A stretch of 64,000 nt of DNA from contig CAWGGJ010000009.1 in assembly GCA_963822175.1 (NCBI GenBank), forward strand, positions 80,795-144,794. The letters are read 5' to 3'. How positions within the stretch are numbered: the first letter of the stretch is position 1; each line of letters begins with the position of its first letter. The stretch comes from an uncultured Chloroflexia bacterium. GTDB taxonomy: Bacteria; Chloroflexota; Anaerolineae; Anaerolineales; UBA4823. Below are positions 31,843 to 41,892 of this stretch, piece by piece. The notes beneath the pieces are model-generated. The model had not been told where the DNA came from. It worked only from the letters and a program-made list of their open reading frames with translations, and did not search any database. Position numbers and translations under genes: made by a program.

Positions 31843-33381
31843 TTAGGGTGTGGGAAGGCTTGAGCCTGCCATCAGCAAGCCCAGCTCGGCACGGGTGACC
31901 TTGTCGGGATCCACGGTAGCCACAATCTGACCATGGTACATGACGGCAATGCGGTCGGAGAGGGAGGTGATCTCGTCCAGCTCGGCTGAGACGAGCAATA
32001 CAGCTATCCCACGGTCGCGCATCTCCACGATCTGGCGGTGGATGTATTCGATGGAGCCCACATCCAGGCCACGCGTGGGCTGGTTGGCGATCAGCAGCTT
32101 GATCGGGCGGCTTAGCTCACGGGCAACGATCACCTTCTGCTGATTACCACCAGAAAGTTTGCTGGCAGGAAGATTTGGGCTGGGGGTGCGAACATCGAAA
32201 CGCTCGATCAGATCGATGGCATTTTCCATCACAGCTTTCTGGTTACGCTGGATGCCGCGGGCAAAGGGTGGTTGATAGTAAGTGCATAGCACCTCGTTAT
32301 CAGCGATGCTATACGCCAGAACCAACCCGTGCTTGTGACGGTCTTCAGGGATATGTGCCTGACCGGCTTCCACATTGAGGCGTGGACTCAGTTCCGGGAT
32401 CTCCTTGCCACCTAAAATGATTTTGCCGGACTTACGCTGACGCAGTCCACTCATGGATTCTACCAGCTCAGTCTGGCCATTGCCCTGTACGCCGGCAATA
32501 CCCAGGATCTCCCCAGCACGAACCTCGAAATCTACCCCGCGCACACATTCCACGCCGCGCTCATCCACGATGCTCAGGTTTTTTACTTCCATAACGATAT
32601 CTTTTGGCTTGGCGGGTGCTTTGTCAACTGTCAGGATGACTTCGCGCCCGACCATCAAGGCAGCCAGCTTGTGTTCGTCCGACTCGGCTGGAGTAGTCGT
32701 GCCCACCACCTGCCCACGGCGCATGGCAGTAATGCGGTCTGCGATGGCAAGTACCTCTTTAAGCTTGTGGGTGATGAAAATAATGGAAACGCCGCGCTCG
32801 GTGAGCTGGCGCATGATGCGGAACAGGCTTTCCACTTCCTGGGGGGTGAGCACTGCGGTTGGTTCATCCAGCACCAGGATCCTGGCATGGCGATAGAGGG
32901 CTTTAACGATCTCCACGCGCTGCTGAACGCCTACCGGGATGTCTTCAACAACAGCATCCGGGTCAATCTCCAGGCCATATTCCTCAGAGAGCTGGATGAT
33001 CTTCTCCCGGGCGGTGCGCATGTCCAGGGATGGACCTTTGGTGATCTCCTGCCCCAGGATAATATTCTCCGCCACGGTGAAGACCGGAACCAGCATGAAA
33101 TGCTGGTGCACCATACCGATACCAGCCTGGATGGCGTCATGTGGGGTGCGGATCTCAGCTTTTTGTAGTCCATCGTCACCAGCGATGAAGAACTCGCCTT
33201 CATTGGGGGTGTAGAGGCCGTAGATGATGTTCATCAGGGTGGTCTTGCCGGCACCGTTCTCGCCCAGCAGGGCATGGATCTCGCCTTTGCGTAAGTCAAA
33301 ATTCACCCGGTCATTGGCCAAGACACCCGGGAAGCGCTTGGTGATGTTGCGTACTTCGAGTGCAATTGCATCGTTGGTCAT
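31843..33381 (-). CDS. Nucleoside/sugar ABC transporter ATP-binding protein (two-domain)
   Basis: GENGAGKTT, GMVHQHFML, LSGGNQQK, QPTRGLDVG. Confidence 0.93.
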   Translation of the reverse strand: MTNDAIALEVRNITKRFPGVLANDRVNFDLRKGEIHALLGENGAGKTTLMNIIYGLYTPNEGEFFIAGDDGLQKAEIRTPHDAIQAGIGMVHQHFMLVPVFTVAENIILGQEITKGPSLDMRTAREKIIQLSEEYGLEIDPDAVVEDIPVGVQQRVEIVKALYRHARILVLDEPTAVLTPQEVESLFRIMRQLTERGVSIIFITHKLKEVLAIADRITAMRRGQVVGTTTPAESDEHKLAALMVGREVILTVDKAPAKPKDIVMEVKNLSIVDERGVECVRGVDFEVRAGEILGIAGVQGNGQTELVESMSGLRQRKSGKIILGGKEIPELSPRLNVEAGQAHIPEDRHKHGLVLAYSIADNEVLCTYYQPPFARGIQRNQKAVMENAIDLIERFDVRTPSPNLPASKLSGGNQQKVIVARELSRPIKLLIANQPTRGLDVGSIEYIHRQIVEMRDRGIAVLLVSAELDEITSLSDRIAVMYHGQIVATVDPDKVTRAELGLLMAGSSLPTP

Positions 33382-33384
33382 GGG

Positions 33385-34401
33385 TTATTCCTTTGTATAT
33401 GGGACGCCATCGGCAGCTGGGGAGCGGACACGACCGCCTACACCTGCCAACACGACGATGGTTACGATATAGGGCAACATGCCAATGAACTGGTGGGGGA
33501 TATTTAGCCCACCGAATTGAAGTTGAGTTTGGATAGCATAGGTTAAGCCAAACAGCAAGGCAGCCCCCCAAGACCCAAATGGGGTCCACCTGCCAAAGAC
33601 TAAGCAAGCCAGGGCAAGGAAACCGCGCCCGTTGGTCATGACGCGTTCGAATGATCCCACCGATTCGAGGGTAAGGAAGGCACCCGCCAACCCGGCCAGG
33701 CAGCCGCCCAGGATCACGTTGACATAGCGCATCTTATAGACATTGATCCCCACCGTATCAGCAGCACGCGGGTGCTCGCCGACGGAGCGCGTACGCAAGC
33801 CCCAGCGGGTATAGAACAACACATAATGGACCACGAAAACCAGGATGATGGCAGCATAGGTGATGGGCGGGTTTTCGAAAAGCACCTTGCCAACAAGCGG
33901 AATCTTGGATAGGATCGGGATAATAATGGGGCGCAGTTTGCCTTCCGTTGTAAGACCCGTCGCATAAAAGTAGCCTGTGAGACCGACCGCCAGGATGTTG
34001 ATCACCGTCCCACCAATGATCTGGTCGATCTTAAGCGTGACTGCCATCCAGGCCAGCAGGAGTCCCAGGAGGCCACCGGTGAGCACACCAGCCAGGATCG
34101 AGAGCGGCAGGTTGCCCGTCCATACATTGAACAGGTAGGCGATGAATGCAGACATCAGCATCTGACCTTCGATGCCAATATTGACCACCCCAGCGCGTTC
34201 GCCCATCAACCCACACAGCGCACCCAACACCAGGGGCGTGGAGTGGCGCACCGTGGCATTCAGCACGGCAACGGTCTCAATGGGTATCCAGATGTAAGCA
34301 ACCGCGACCAAGGCCAGGATGACCGCCCCGCCAATCAGCATACGCTTGTTACGAGTCAAAAAATGATTCCAGGTAGAATATTGTGGCATTGTACTTTGCA
34401 T
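33385..34401 (-). CDS. Nucleoside ABC permease
   Basis: ERAGVVNIGIEGQM, RSVGEHPRAADTVGI, MLPY. Confidence 0.9.
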   Translation of the reverse strand: MQSTMPQYSTWNHFLTRNKRMLIGGAVILALVAVAYIWIPIETVAVLNATVRHSTPLVLGALCGLMGERAGVVNIGIEGQMLMSAFIAYLFNVWTGNLPLSILAGVLTGGLLGLLLAWMAVTLKIDQIIGGTVINILAVGLTGYFYATGLTTEGKLRPIIIPILSKIPLVGKVLFENPPITYAAIILVFVVHYVLFYTRWGLRTRSVGEHPRAADTVGINVYKMRYVNVILGGCLAGLAGAFLTLESVGSFERVMTNGRGFLALACLVFGRWTPFGSWGAALLFGLTYAIQTQLQFGGLNIPHQFIGMLPYIVTIVVLAGVGGRVRSPAADGVPYTKE

Positions 34402-34411
34402 AGTTTGCTCC

Positions 34412-35545
34412 TTACTGCTTACCCCAACCGGTGCTTAGCTTGATTTCTTCGCCCTCTTCCTTACGCATGTGGAGTAGCGAGAGAACAATTACATCGGCAG
34501 CGACAAAAAAGAGTATGAGCGCCTGGAGTACATCGGTGATCTCCTTGGCGACCCCGGAGGCGAACTGCATCTCACTGGAACCTGCTTTCATGGCCCCCAC
34601 CAGGATAGCGGCCGGGATGACACCGAATGGGTTGGTCTTGCCGAGCATGGCAACCGTAATACCATCGAAACCCAGTCCGACGTTGAAACCGGGCTGGTAA
34701 CGCCCGACCACCCCCAGGGTTTCAACAGCCCCGCCCATGCCAGCCAGAATACCACTGATCACCATGGTGAGGATCAGGGTTTTTGCAACCTTTATACCTG
34801 CATATCTAGCCGCGCTAGGATTGAGCCCCACCATGCGGATCTCAAAGCCGACCGTGGTCTTCTGCAGCAGCCACCAGGCGACAATAGCAGCCAGGATGGC
34901 GATGATGAACCCGATGGGGACAGGGCCGAGCCTTCCGATAGCAGCTGAGGCGTCTACAACCGGGGTGCGGGCTACAACATTTCCTCCGGAAGTGTCCTTC
35001 CAGGGGCCATTGGCGAGATAATCAGTGATATTAATGGCAATATAGTTGAGCATGATGGTGGTGATGACCTCATGCACCCCGCGGTAGGCTTTCAGGGCGC
35101 CAGGGATGAAGGCGTAAGCGCCACCCGCCAGCGCACCGCCGATCAAAGCCAGGGGCATGTGTATAAAAGGCGGTAAGCCATGCAGGGCAAAACCGAGAAA
35201 AGCGGCAGTGATGGCACCGAAAAGAAGCTGGCCCTGGGCGCCAATATTGAACATACCGGCTTTAAAGGCGAAAGCCACCGCCAGACCGCTGAAAATGAGC
35301 GGAGTGGCTTTTTCTAGCGTTCTTCCTACGGCGATGGGAGTACCAAAAGCGCCTCTGAAGAGGGCCGCGTATGCCTCAAGTGGATTGGCTCCCGATAAAA
35401 GCAAGAGGACCGCCCCGATGAGCAAAGCCAGCAACACCGCCACCACTTGCACGAGGATGGTGCGCCAGACATTCTCGTTAAGTATGACATCCAAAATCGA
35501 ACGAAGAAACTTGGGTTGGGTTGGGACTTTTTGATCAGAGTCCAT
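34412..35545 (-). CDS. Nucleoside ABC permease
   Basis: AGMFNIGAQGQ, HEVITTIMLNY, GFDGITVAMLG. Confidence 0.9.
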   Translation of the reverse strand: MDSDQKVPTQPKFLRSILDVILNENVWRTILVQVVAVLLALLIGAVLLLLSGANPLEAYAALFRGAFGTPIAVGRTLEKATPLIFSGLAVAFAFKAGMFNIGAQGQLLFGAITAAFLGFALHGLPPFIHMPLALIGGALAGGAYAFIPGALKAYRGVHEVITTIMLNYIAINITDYLANGPWKDTSGGNVVARTPVVDASAAIGRLGPVPIGFIIAILAAIVAWWLLQKTTVGFEIRMVGLNPSAARYAGIKVAKTLILTMVISGILAGMGGAVETLGVVGRYQPGFNVGLGFDGITVAMLGKTNPFGVIPAAILVGAMKAGSSEMQFASGVAKEITDVLQALILFFVAADVIVLSLLHMRKEEGEEIKLSTGWGKQ

Positions 35546-35697
35546 AGGTTGTGCACTCTTCCCGAAGGCTGATTTGCTTCCCGTAAGCTATCCGCTTATA
35601 GGAAGATGAATAGAAGGTTAATGGGATGATTTTACCCATAATTCCGTTTTGCGTAAAGTGCAATCCATAACAATTTATTGCGTACAGTATAACGCTT

Positions 35698-35736
35698 AAA
35701 AAAATACAGCGCACTCGAAAGTGCGCTGTATTTTTA
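35698..35736 (-). terminator. Intrinsic terminator after the BMP gene
   Basis: AAAAAATACAGCGCACT-CGAA-AGTGCGCTGTATTTTTT. Confidence 0.85.
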
Positions 35737-35751
35737 TTGATCAGTTACTGA

Positions 35752-36780
35752 TTACCCACCGTAGCCAGTGGTGATGGAGCCATCCTTCAGGCCGGCATCG
35801 ATTTCATTAATCTTGGTCTTGACTTCAGCCGGGATCTTGCTGTCAAAATCGTGGTAGGGAGCCAAACCAGCGCCGCCATAGAAGTTACCAGCGGGGAATT
35901 GACCCTCTTTTGCAAGCTTGGAAAGAGCAACCACACCCGGGGTGATGAGCTTCATAGCGCTGGAGATCAGGCAGGGGTGTGCCTCGGGGACGGTTTCCCA
36001 CTGGTCTGAGTCGACACCAATGCAGAACAGTCCAGAGTGGCCCGCTGTTTCGATCAGAGCGCCGTTACCAGTCTTGCCACCGGCACCGAAGACCACATCC
36101 GCACCGTTCTGGATCGCCTGGGCAGCCGTGGTGGCACCCCACTCGGGATCGGTGAAGGCTACATCCATACCGCCTGGATGGTAAGTGGAGATGACGTTGA
36201 TGTCGGGGTTGATATACTTGGCACCAGCTTCATACCCTTCCTTGAAGGCAACCACGGGTGGGATAATGTCGGTGCCGAGCACAGCAGCGATGGTGCCGGT
36301 CTTGGTCATCTGGGCAGCCAGAGCGCCAGCCAGGAAGCCAGACTGATCCTCATGGAAGATCAAACCAGCCACATTGGGGACAACTTCAGCCCACTGGCCC
36401 TGGTCCACACCGATGAATTTTACACCCGGATTCGCTTTTGCAGCTTCAACAGTGGCGGTACCCATGGCAAAACCGACGGTCACGATGAGATCATAACCCT
36501 TATCGATGAAGAGCTGCATGTTGGTGGCATAGTCCTTAGCATCCTTGGTTTCAATGTAGTTGGTGATGCCACCCAGCTCGGTTGCGGCCTGCTGAGCACC
36601 TTCCCAGGCTGACTGGTTGAAGGACTTGTCGTCAACCTCACCTACGTCGGTGACCAAACCAATGCAAAATACCTCAGGCTTGGCGCAGTCGGCTTCGGAT
36701 GCGGGTTTAGCTGCGCACGCGGCCAGTGCCATGCTGGCAATCATGATGACAGCCATTATTACAGAAAATTTCTTATACAT
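35752..36780 (-). CDS. BMP-family ABC substrate-binding lipoprotein (nucleoside)
   Basis: Lipobox LAAC; DDKSFNQSAWEG, GADVVFGAGG, IGVDSDQ. Confidence 0.92.
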   Translation of the reverse strand: MYKKFSVIMAVIMIASMALAACAAKPASEADCAKPEVFCIGLVTDVGEVDDKSFNQSAWEGAQQAATELGGITNYIETKDAKDYATNMQLFIDKGYDLIVTVGFAMGTATVEAAKANPGVKFIGVDQGQWAEVVPNVAGLIFHEDQSGFLAGALAAQMTKTGTIAAVLGTDIIPPVVAFKEGYEAGAKYINPDINVISTYHPGGMDVAFTDPEWGATTAAQAIQNGADVVFGAGGKTGNGALIETAGHSGLFCIGVDSDQWETVPEAHPCLISSAMKLITPGVVALSKLAKEGQFPAGNFYGGAGLAPYHDFDSKIPAEVKTKINEIDAGLKDGSITTGYGG

Positions 36781-36945
36781 AAAGATTCTCCTCCTAGAGA
36801 GTTTGGGTAAAAAAGTTTTGTATTTTCCCGAATGGGACATCACTAGTATAGCTTTAAGCGGTCACTTTTGCAATGGTGTTATTAATAACTATTATTTTCG
36901 ATTTTTTACCTCCTTTTGCTGTATTTATTAATCATATTCAGATAA

Positions 36946-38022
36946 TTATGGACGATATTCGCCAGTTGTCAAATCCACGCTGGTATCAATATAGCCGGCC
37001 TGCAGGTCGGATAATATCTGTTCGGCCAGGCGTTGTTTCCCTGGGGTAAAGAGTGCCGGGTTGATGTTGGTAAACTCTATAGGCACCGCCAACGACTGCC
37101 CATCAGAAATCGTGCCATTTAATAGACCTTCCACCAGGCTTTGGATGAGTGGGAGCGGATCGGTGGTTATTGAAACGACCCAGTTATCCTTAACCGACTC
37201 TGGAGGTTCTCCGCTGCTGATGATATTCACCCCGGAAGCTGCCAGGGTGGATAGCATGGTTTCATCCCCCGCACCAGGATAGACATATACTGTTTGGGCA
37301 TAATGGTCGACCATGTAATTCGCCGCTTCCTGCCACTCGGCACTGCTGGCGGTTGATGGCAGCTCGAAATATAGTGGATAGTCATAGACTGGTGGGTGGG
37401 CGGGCATGCACAAGCCACAGAAGTATACAGCCCCATTCAAGAAACCCGTGCGCGCAGACTGCCCTCCTATATTGTCTGCCAGACTGATCGCCCCGACACG
37501 CCACTCAGGGGCAACCATGGCAGCGATCACACCAGCAGTGAAGCCTTGCTGGTCAGGGTGGTCACCAGCTGCGCCAATCACAGTCAGGTTGGGGGCAGCA
37601 TCCAATCCCGGGATGCCCAGTGCCAGGAAATGCGTATCAGGAGCAGATGCAGCCAGCTGTGCCAGCCCGGGGTCAGGCGGAACAGCCACCACCAGGTGTA
37701 GTTCATCCACCAGGTCTTCTGGTAAAAGCTGTTGCCTGACCTGCCAGCGGTAGCCTTGCCCAGTGACAATATCATTTAAAGTGGTTTGCAGGTAACTCAC
37801 GTAAGCCTCATCGGCTCCTGTGGGAGCCAGGAGAACGGCAATGGGAGGCTGGGAAGTTGGTGTTGGAGTCAGCGTTGGAACAGGGGTGACTGTGGCAGTC
37901 AAACTGGGTGAGGGCGTAAGGGTTGGTTTACTCTGTGGAGCGATTACTCCACAGGCGGATAGCAATACACCCAGGCAGGCGAGCAATATGACATAGATTG
38001 TATAACGCAGGTAACCCTTCAA
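36946..38022 (-). CDS. Divergent BMP-like lipoprotein
   Basis: Lipobox LSAC, P/T linker, QQGFTAGVIAAM..GFLNGA.Y similar to the BMP core. TTG start inferred from a GGAG SD. Confidence 0.65.
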   Translation of the reverse strand: MKGYLRYTIYVILLACLGVLLSACGVIAPQSKPTLTPSPSLTATVTPVPTLTPTPTSQPPIAVLLAPTGADEAYVSYLQTTLNDIVTGQGYRWQVRQQLLPEDLVDELHLVVAVPPDPGLAQLAASAPDTHFLALGIPGLDAAPNLTVIGAAGDHPDQQGFTAGVIAAMVAPEWRVGAISLADNIGGQSARTGFLNGAVYFCGLCMPAHPPVYDYPLYFELPSTASSAEWQEAANYMVDHYAQTVYVYPGAGDETMLSTLAASGVNIISSGEPPESVKDNWVVSITTDPLPLIQSLVEGLLNGTISDGQSLAVPIEFTNINPALFTPGKQRLAEQILSDLQAGYIDTSVDLTTGEYRP

Positions 38023-38108
38023 GGGAGTTTCTCCAGCAGTGTGGTCGCGGCGTATTGTACTACAAGGTGAAGTAATTGAGTTGATAGGAAAAACCATGCT
38101 TAAATCTC

Positions 38109-38597
38109 ATGGGGTATAATAAATTCATGATCGAGCTGAACATCCCCGGGCGAGGCCTGGTCCAGTTGTACCATCTGGTGTGTGATGTCAACGGGACACT
38201 GGCAGTAGATGGACAACTCCCGGAAGGTGTGAAAGTGGGGTTATCTGCCCTGCGCGACCGCCTGACGCTGCATTTACTGACCGCTGACACGCATGGGAAG
38301 CAAGAAACCATCGACCGACAGCTAAACATAAAGGCTGTGCGTATCCAGCCAGGCGATGAAGCAACCCAGAAGACAAAATACGTGGAGCATTTGGGGGCAG
38401 ATACCGTGGTGGCAATTGGGCAAGGTGCAAATGATGCCGGCATGATCAGGGCTGCGGGTTTGGGAATCTGTGTGCTCTCTGCTGAAGGGACGGCAGTGGA
38501 GACCCTGCTGGGTGCCGACCTGATCGCACCGAATATATCTGCTGCATTAGAAATGCTTGAAAAACCCCTTAGAATTGTCGCTACTTTACGAAAATGA
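38109..38597 (+). CDS. HAD-family soluble P-type-ATPase-like phosphatase
   Basis: CDVNGTLA, LTADT, IGQGAND. Confidence 0.85.
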   Translation: MGYNKFMIELNIPGRGLVQLYHLVCDVNGTLAVDGQLPEGVKVGLSALRDRLTLHLLTADTHGKQETIDRQLNIKAVRIQPGDEATQKTKYVEHLGADTVVAIGQGANDAGMIRAAGLGICVLSAEGTAVETLLGADLIAPNISAALEMLEKPLRIVATLRK

Positions 38598-39793
38598 GCT
38601 TGCCCAAGACCGAAAATATCCCCGACGACCCAGATTTGATGCCACCGGCGCGGCGAAGGCGAGCGCGTCGCTTGTTGGCGCCCCTCGAGGCAGATGAACG
38701 CGCCGTTGTTCTAGACCAGATAAGGCGACGCACATCGCCCAGTTTTGATTTCTACCTATTTTCTATTGTATCCGGGGTGATCATCTGTTTGGGTTTGCTA
38801 CTGGATGCGCCTGCTTTGGTGGTCCTGGGGGCTGTCTTTGCGCCATTGCTAGCCCCGGTGGTCGGCCTTGCGCTTGGGACGGTCGTGGGTTCCTATAAAT
38901 TCTTTGCCAGCAGCCTGGTGGGCATGGTGATCGGCAGCCTGTTGGTCTTTATCGTGGGGCTCGTAGCTGGCTGGGTGGGGCAAGTATGGCTGCCATCTTC
39001 CCTGATCCTGGGTTATATGAATGCGGAGCTTTCCTGGATCAACTTCATTGTGCTGGCGGTGGGTGCTGTCTTTACCTCTGCAACCATGGCACACCACGAG
39101 CGCAGCCCCTCAGCACCAAGCGTTGCGATGGCATACACACTCTATCCACCGCTGGCAGTGGCTGGCATTGGATTGACCAGTGGTGCACCGCATCTCTTCC
39201 CAGATGGATTGGTGGTGTTTGCCATTTACCTTACCCTGGCGGTGCTGATCGGCGCAGTAACCCTGGCATTCCTGGGCTTTCGCCCGATGACGATCCTGGG
39301 TTATACCTTGGGAGGAGTGATCACATTGATCGCCCTGGCATTGCTGGTTGGCTTCAGCGCATTCAGCACAACCCTGGGCTGGTTTGGTACCCCGCTAGCA
39401 GTACCGACTTATACTCCCACTGCCACATTCACCCATACACCTGTTCCACCCACTTCGACCTCCACTTATACACCAGTGCCTCCAACGCTTACCCCGACGG
39501 TCACATTGACCCAAACGCGCACACCCACTCCCACCGAAACTTTTACGCCCACCCCGGTGCCGATCTATGCCCGAATTCAGCCACCTGAAGGTGCATATAT
39601 CCGGTCCGCACCTGGGTTCGATGCACCGATCCTGTACCCAGGTATCATGCAGGAAATATTGGTGGAGCTGCTGGGGAACCCACAGGAAGTGGATGGATAC
39701 GCCTGGGTTCAGATACGGGAGGTTAGGGGTGGCAGGGTAGGATGGATCCTTCAATCCCTATTACAGGTCGCCACACCCGAGCCCAACTGGTAA
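38594..39793 (+). CDS. DUF389-like membrane protein with P/T linker and SH3-like C-terminus
   Basis: GLLLDAPALVVLGAVFAPLLAP; multiple helices; tail AYIRSAPG...WVQI...GWI. Confidence 0.7.
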   Translation: MSLPKTENIPDDPDLMPPARRRRARRLLAPLEADERAVVLDQIRRRTSPSFDFYLFSIVSGVIICLGLLLDAPALVVLGAVFAPLLAPVVGLALGTVVGSYKFFASSLVGMVIGSLLVFIVGLVAGWVGQVWLPSSLILGYMNAELSWINFIVLAVGAVFTSATMAHHERSPSAPSVAMAYTLYPPLAVAGIGLTSGAPHLFPDGLVVFAIYLTLAVLIGAVTLAFLGFRPMTILGYTLGGVITLIALALLVGFSAFSTTLGWFGTPLAVPTYTPTATFTHTPVPPTSTSTYTPVPPTLTPTVTLTQTRTPTPTETFTPTPVPIYARIQPPEGAYIRSAPGFDAPILYPGIMQEILVELLGNPQEVDGYAWVQIREVRGGRVGWILQSLLQVATPEPNW

Positions 39794-39799
39794 GCAAGC

Positions 39800-40435
39800 T
39801 CAAATCCAGTGTAATATACCAGCAAACAGGATCAGGCAGATCAGGTCGAAACCGAGGATGGCGCCAACGGTGATGACTTTTTGCTTGACCGTGGGCATAT
39901 CAAACACCCAGAATGAGACCAGGAAGAAAGGCAGGTAACCGATCAGGAAGATCAACCAGGGGGCACCAATATTCCACCAGGTATAGTCCCAGGTCAGCGC
40001 CCCAGCTGCATTTAAGAGCAGCTCGACAATCACACAGAAGATCGAGCCAAGAATCGCAAACACCAGGCGATTAGGCAGGCCAAGGATTTTAAGGCTTTTA
40101 TCGGCTGGCAGCATCTTGCAAAAAGCTACCCCGGCGATGGCAAACATAAAACAGATCTCGATGTTCAAACCGATCAGTAGAAGATAGGCTGTCTGACCCG
40201 GCGCACCCCAGACAGGGGCGTAATTGGTGAAGTGAAAGACCAGCCCATTCCAAATCTCGTTGAACCAATCCATACCCCAAAAGGCTAAACCAGCAAAAAC
40301 CAGGCTCCAATTACGCCGCTCCACTTCAGCAGCATAAACATACACGGTAAGAGCAAACAATGTGATCACATACCACTGAAAAGTGGCTGGGTTACGCAAG
40401 ATCGCCATTGCTTGGGATGCAGATTCAGTTGGCAT
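39800..40435 (-). CDS. Hypothetical membrane protein
   Basis: 211 aa, Trp-rich, several helices; AGGAGG SD. Confidence 0.75.
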   Translation of the reverse strand: MPTESASQAMAILRNPATFQWYVITLFALTVYVYAAEVERRNWSLVFAGLAFWGMDWFNEIWNGLVFHFTNYAPVWGAPGQTAYLLLIGLNIEICFMFAIAGVAFCKMLPADKSLKILGLPNRLVFAILGSIFCVIVELLLNAAGALTWDYTWWNIGAPWLIFLIGYLPFFLVSFWVFDMPTVKQKVITVGAILGFDLICLILFAGILHWI

Positions 40436-40761
40436 ATGTATCCTCCTAAGCTCAATAGTTTTGTGGTCCTATCCATTGTTGATAAGCAGGCGCTTAAGGG
40501 ACCATTTTTGGACAAAAAGATATCATGCCAGCAAAGTCCCCGTTTTTGAATCGATTTGATAGCTTCACCTGGCAGCAACTAAAAACCCTCAGATGTGATG
40601 CTGAAATTATAGTATGAATGGAACTTATGGATGCACAGCATTACCGTCCACTTTTTATGATATAGTTTGCCAGTTAATGTCTCAGGTGCAAAGCACCGGT
40701 TTGATTCAAGGAATATATAATATCCTGCAGGGACAATATCTCAAGAGGAGTATATAGCATA

Positions 40762-41088
40762 GTGGATGTTCAACCTTATTTGCAAAGAATTGTTGACCAA
40801 TTCGAAAATCCTGATACTCAATCCAGCATGAAAGGATTCACCCGCAACGTTTTGTTTCGCTTTACAGATACCAACGAAGACTGGTTGATCAAGATCGTCG
40901 ATGGTAAAGAGGCCACGATTTTTCGGGGTCGTGCGAGCGAACCGGACGTCACCATTACCACCACCACAGCAATATTTACCGGGGTGATGGATCGAAAGGT
41001 TAATGCCATGACAGCCTATATGCTGCGCAAGATCAAGGTCAAAGCAGCTGCGGAAGACCTGGTGAGGATGCAGAAATTGTTGTTTTAG
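40762..41088 (+). CDS. SCP2 sterol-binding domain protein
   Basis: EPDVTIT...NAMTAYMLRKIKVK pattern; GAGGAG SD. Confidence 0.75.
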   Translation: MDVQPYLQRIVDQFENPDTQSSMKGFTRNVLFRFTDTNEDWLIKIVDGKEATIFRGRASEPDVTITTTTAIFTGVMDRKVNAMTAYMLRKIKVKAAAEDLVRMQKLLF

Positions 41089-41127
41089 ACCGGTTGTGTT
41101 GCATGCAGCAGAAGGGAGAGGAATGGC

Positions 41128-41874
41128 ATGAAAGAATGGATTTTTTTAGCAGCGCACTTCGACGATGTTGTGCTTTCAGCCGGTGGCCTGGTCTGGGAGC
41201 TTGTGAACCGGGGTGAAAAAGTCGAAATCTGGACGATATGCGCAGGTGACTTGCCTTCAGGCAGATCACTCCCCGATTATGCCAGGATGCTGCACATTTT
41301 CTTTAAGTTGGGGGAAGAGGATGTACCTTATAGGCGCAGCCAGGAAGACGCAGCGTCCTGCAAGGTGCTAGGTGCGAGATATCGACGTTATACCGTGCCG
41401 GACTGCATCTATCGTCACCTCCCCGGCACAGACGACCCGGTGATCAAAGTCCCCGATGATATCAAGGGAGAGCTGGAGCCAGACGAGCTTTATCTCATCC
41501 CACCGGTAACGGACTTTTTACGTAAAAATCTTCCTGAGGAGCATGAGCTGGTGATCCCACTCACCATTGGTCATCACCGCGACCATGTGTTGGTACGCAA
41601 AGCAGCCGAGGGGCTGGGTATTCCTCTCTGGCATTATACAGATTACCCCTATATCACCCAGGAAAAGAATGACCTAAAGGAGTGGATTCCCCCTGATGCA
41701 GGGCAATTCTCGCTGGCGGTCACACCACAAGGGTTAAAAGCCTGGCAGGATGGGATTGCCTGTCACCGATCGCAGCTTGTTTTCTTTTGGTCCGATGAGA
41801 GCGAGATGCGCAGTGCAATCGAGGCATATGCCCGGATGGGAGGGGGAAATACTTTGTGGAAATTCCAGGATTGA
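41128..41874 (+). CDS. PIG-L/LmbE-family deacetylase
   Basis: AAHFDDVVLSAGG, GHHRDH, YTDYPY, HRSQ. Confidence 0.85.
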   Translation: MKEWIFLAAHFDDVVLSAGGLVWELVNRGEKVEIWTICAGDLPSGRSLPDYARMLHIFFKLGEEDVPYRRSQEDAASCKVLGARYRRYTVPDCIYRHLPGTDDPVIKVPDDIKGELEPDELYLIPPVTDFLRKNLPEEHELVIPLTIGHHRDHVLVRKAAEGLGIPLWHYTDYPYITQEKNDLKEWIPPDAGQFSLAVTPQGLKAWQDGIACHRSQLVFFWSDESEMRSAIEAYARMGGGNTLWKFQD

Positions 41875-41892
41875 AAAATATGGTCGTACCGT

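Noticed and set aside
36781-36945. Purine riboswitch upstream of the BMP gene
   Set aside because: No aptamer consensus or expression-platform hairpin is visible.
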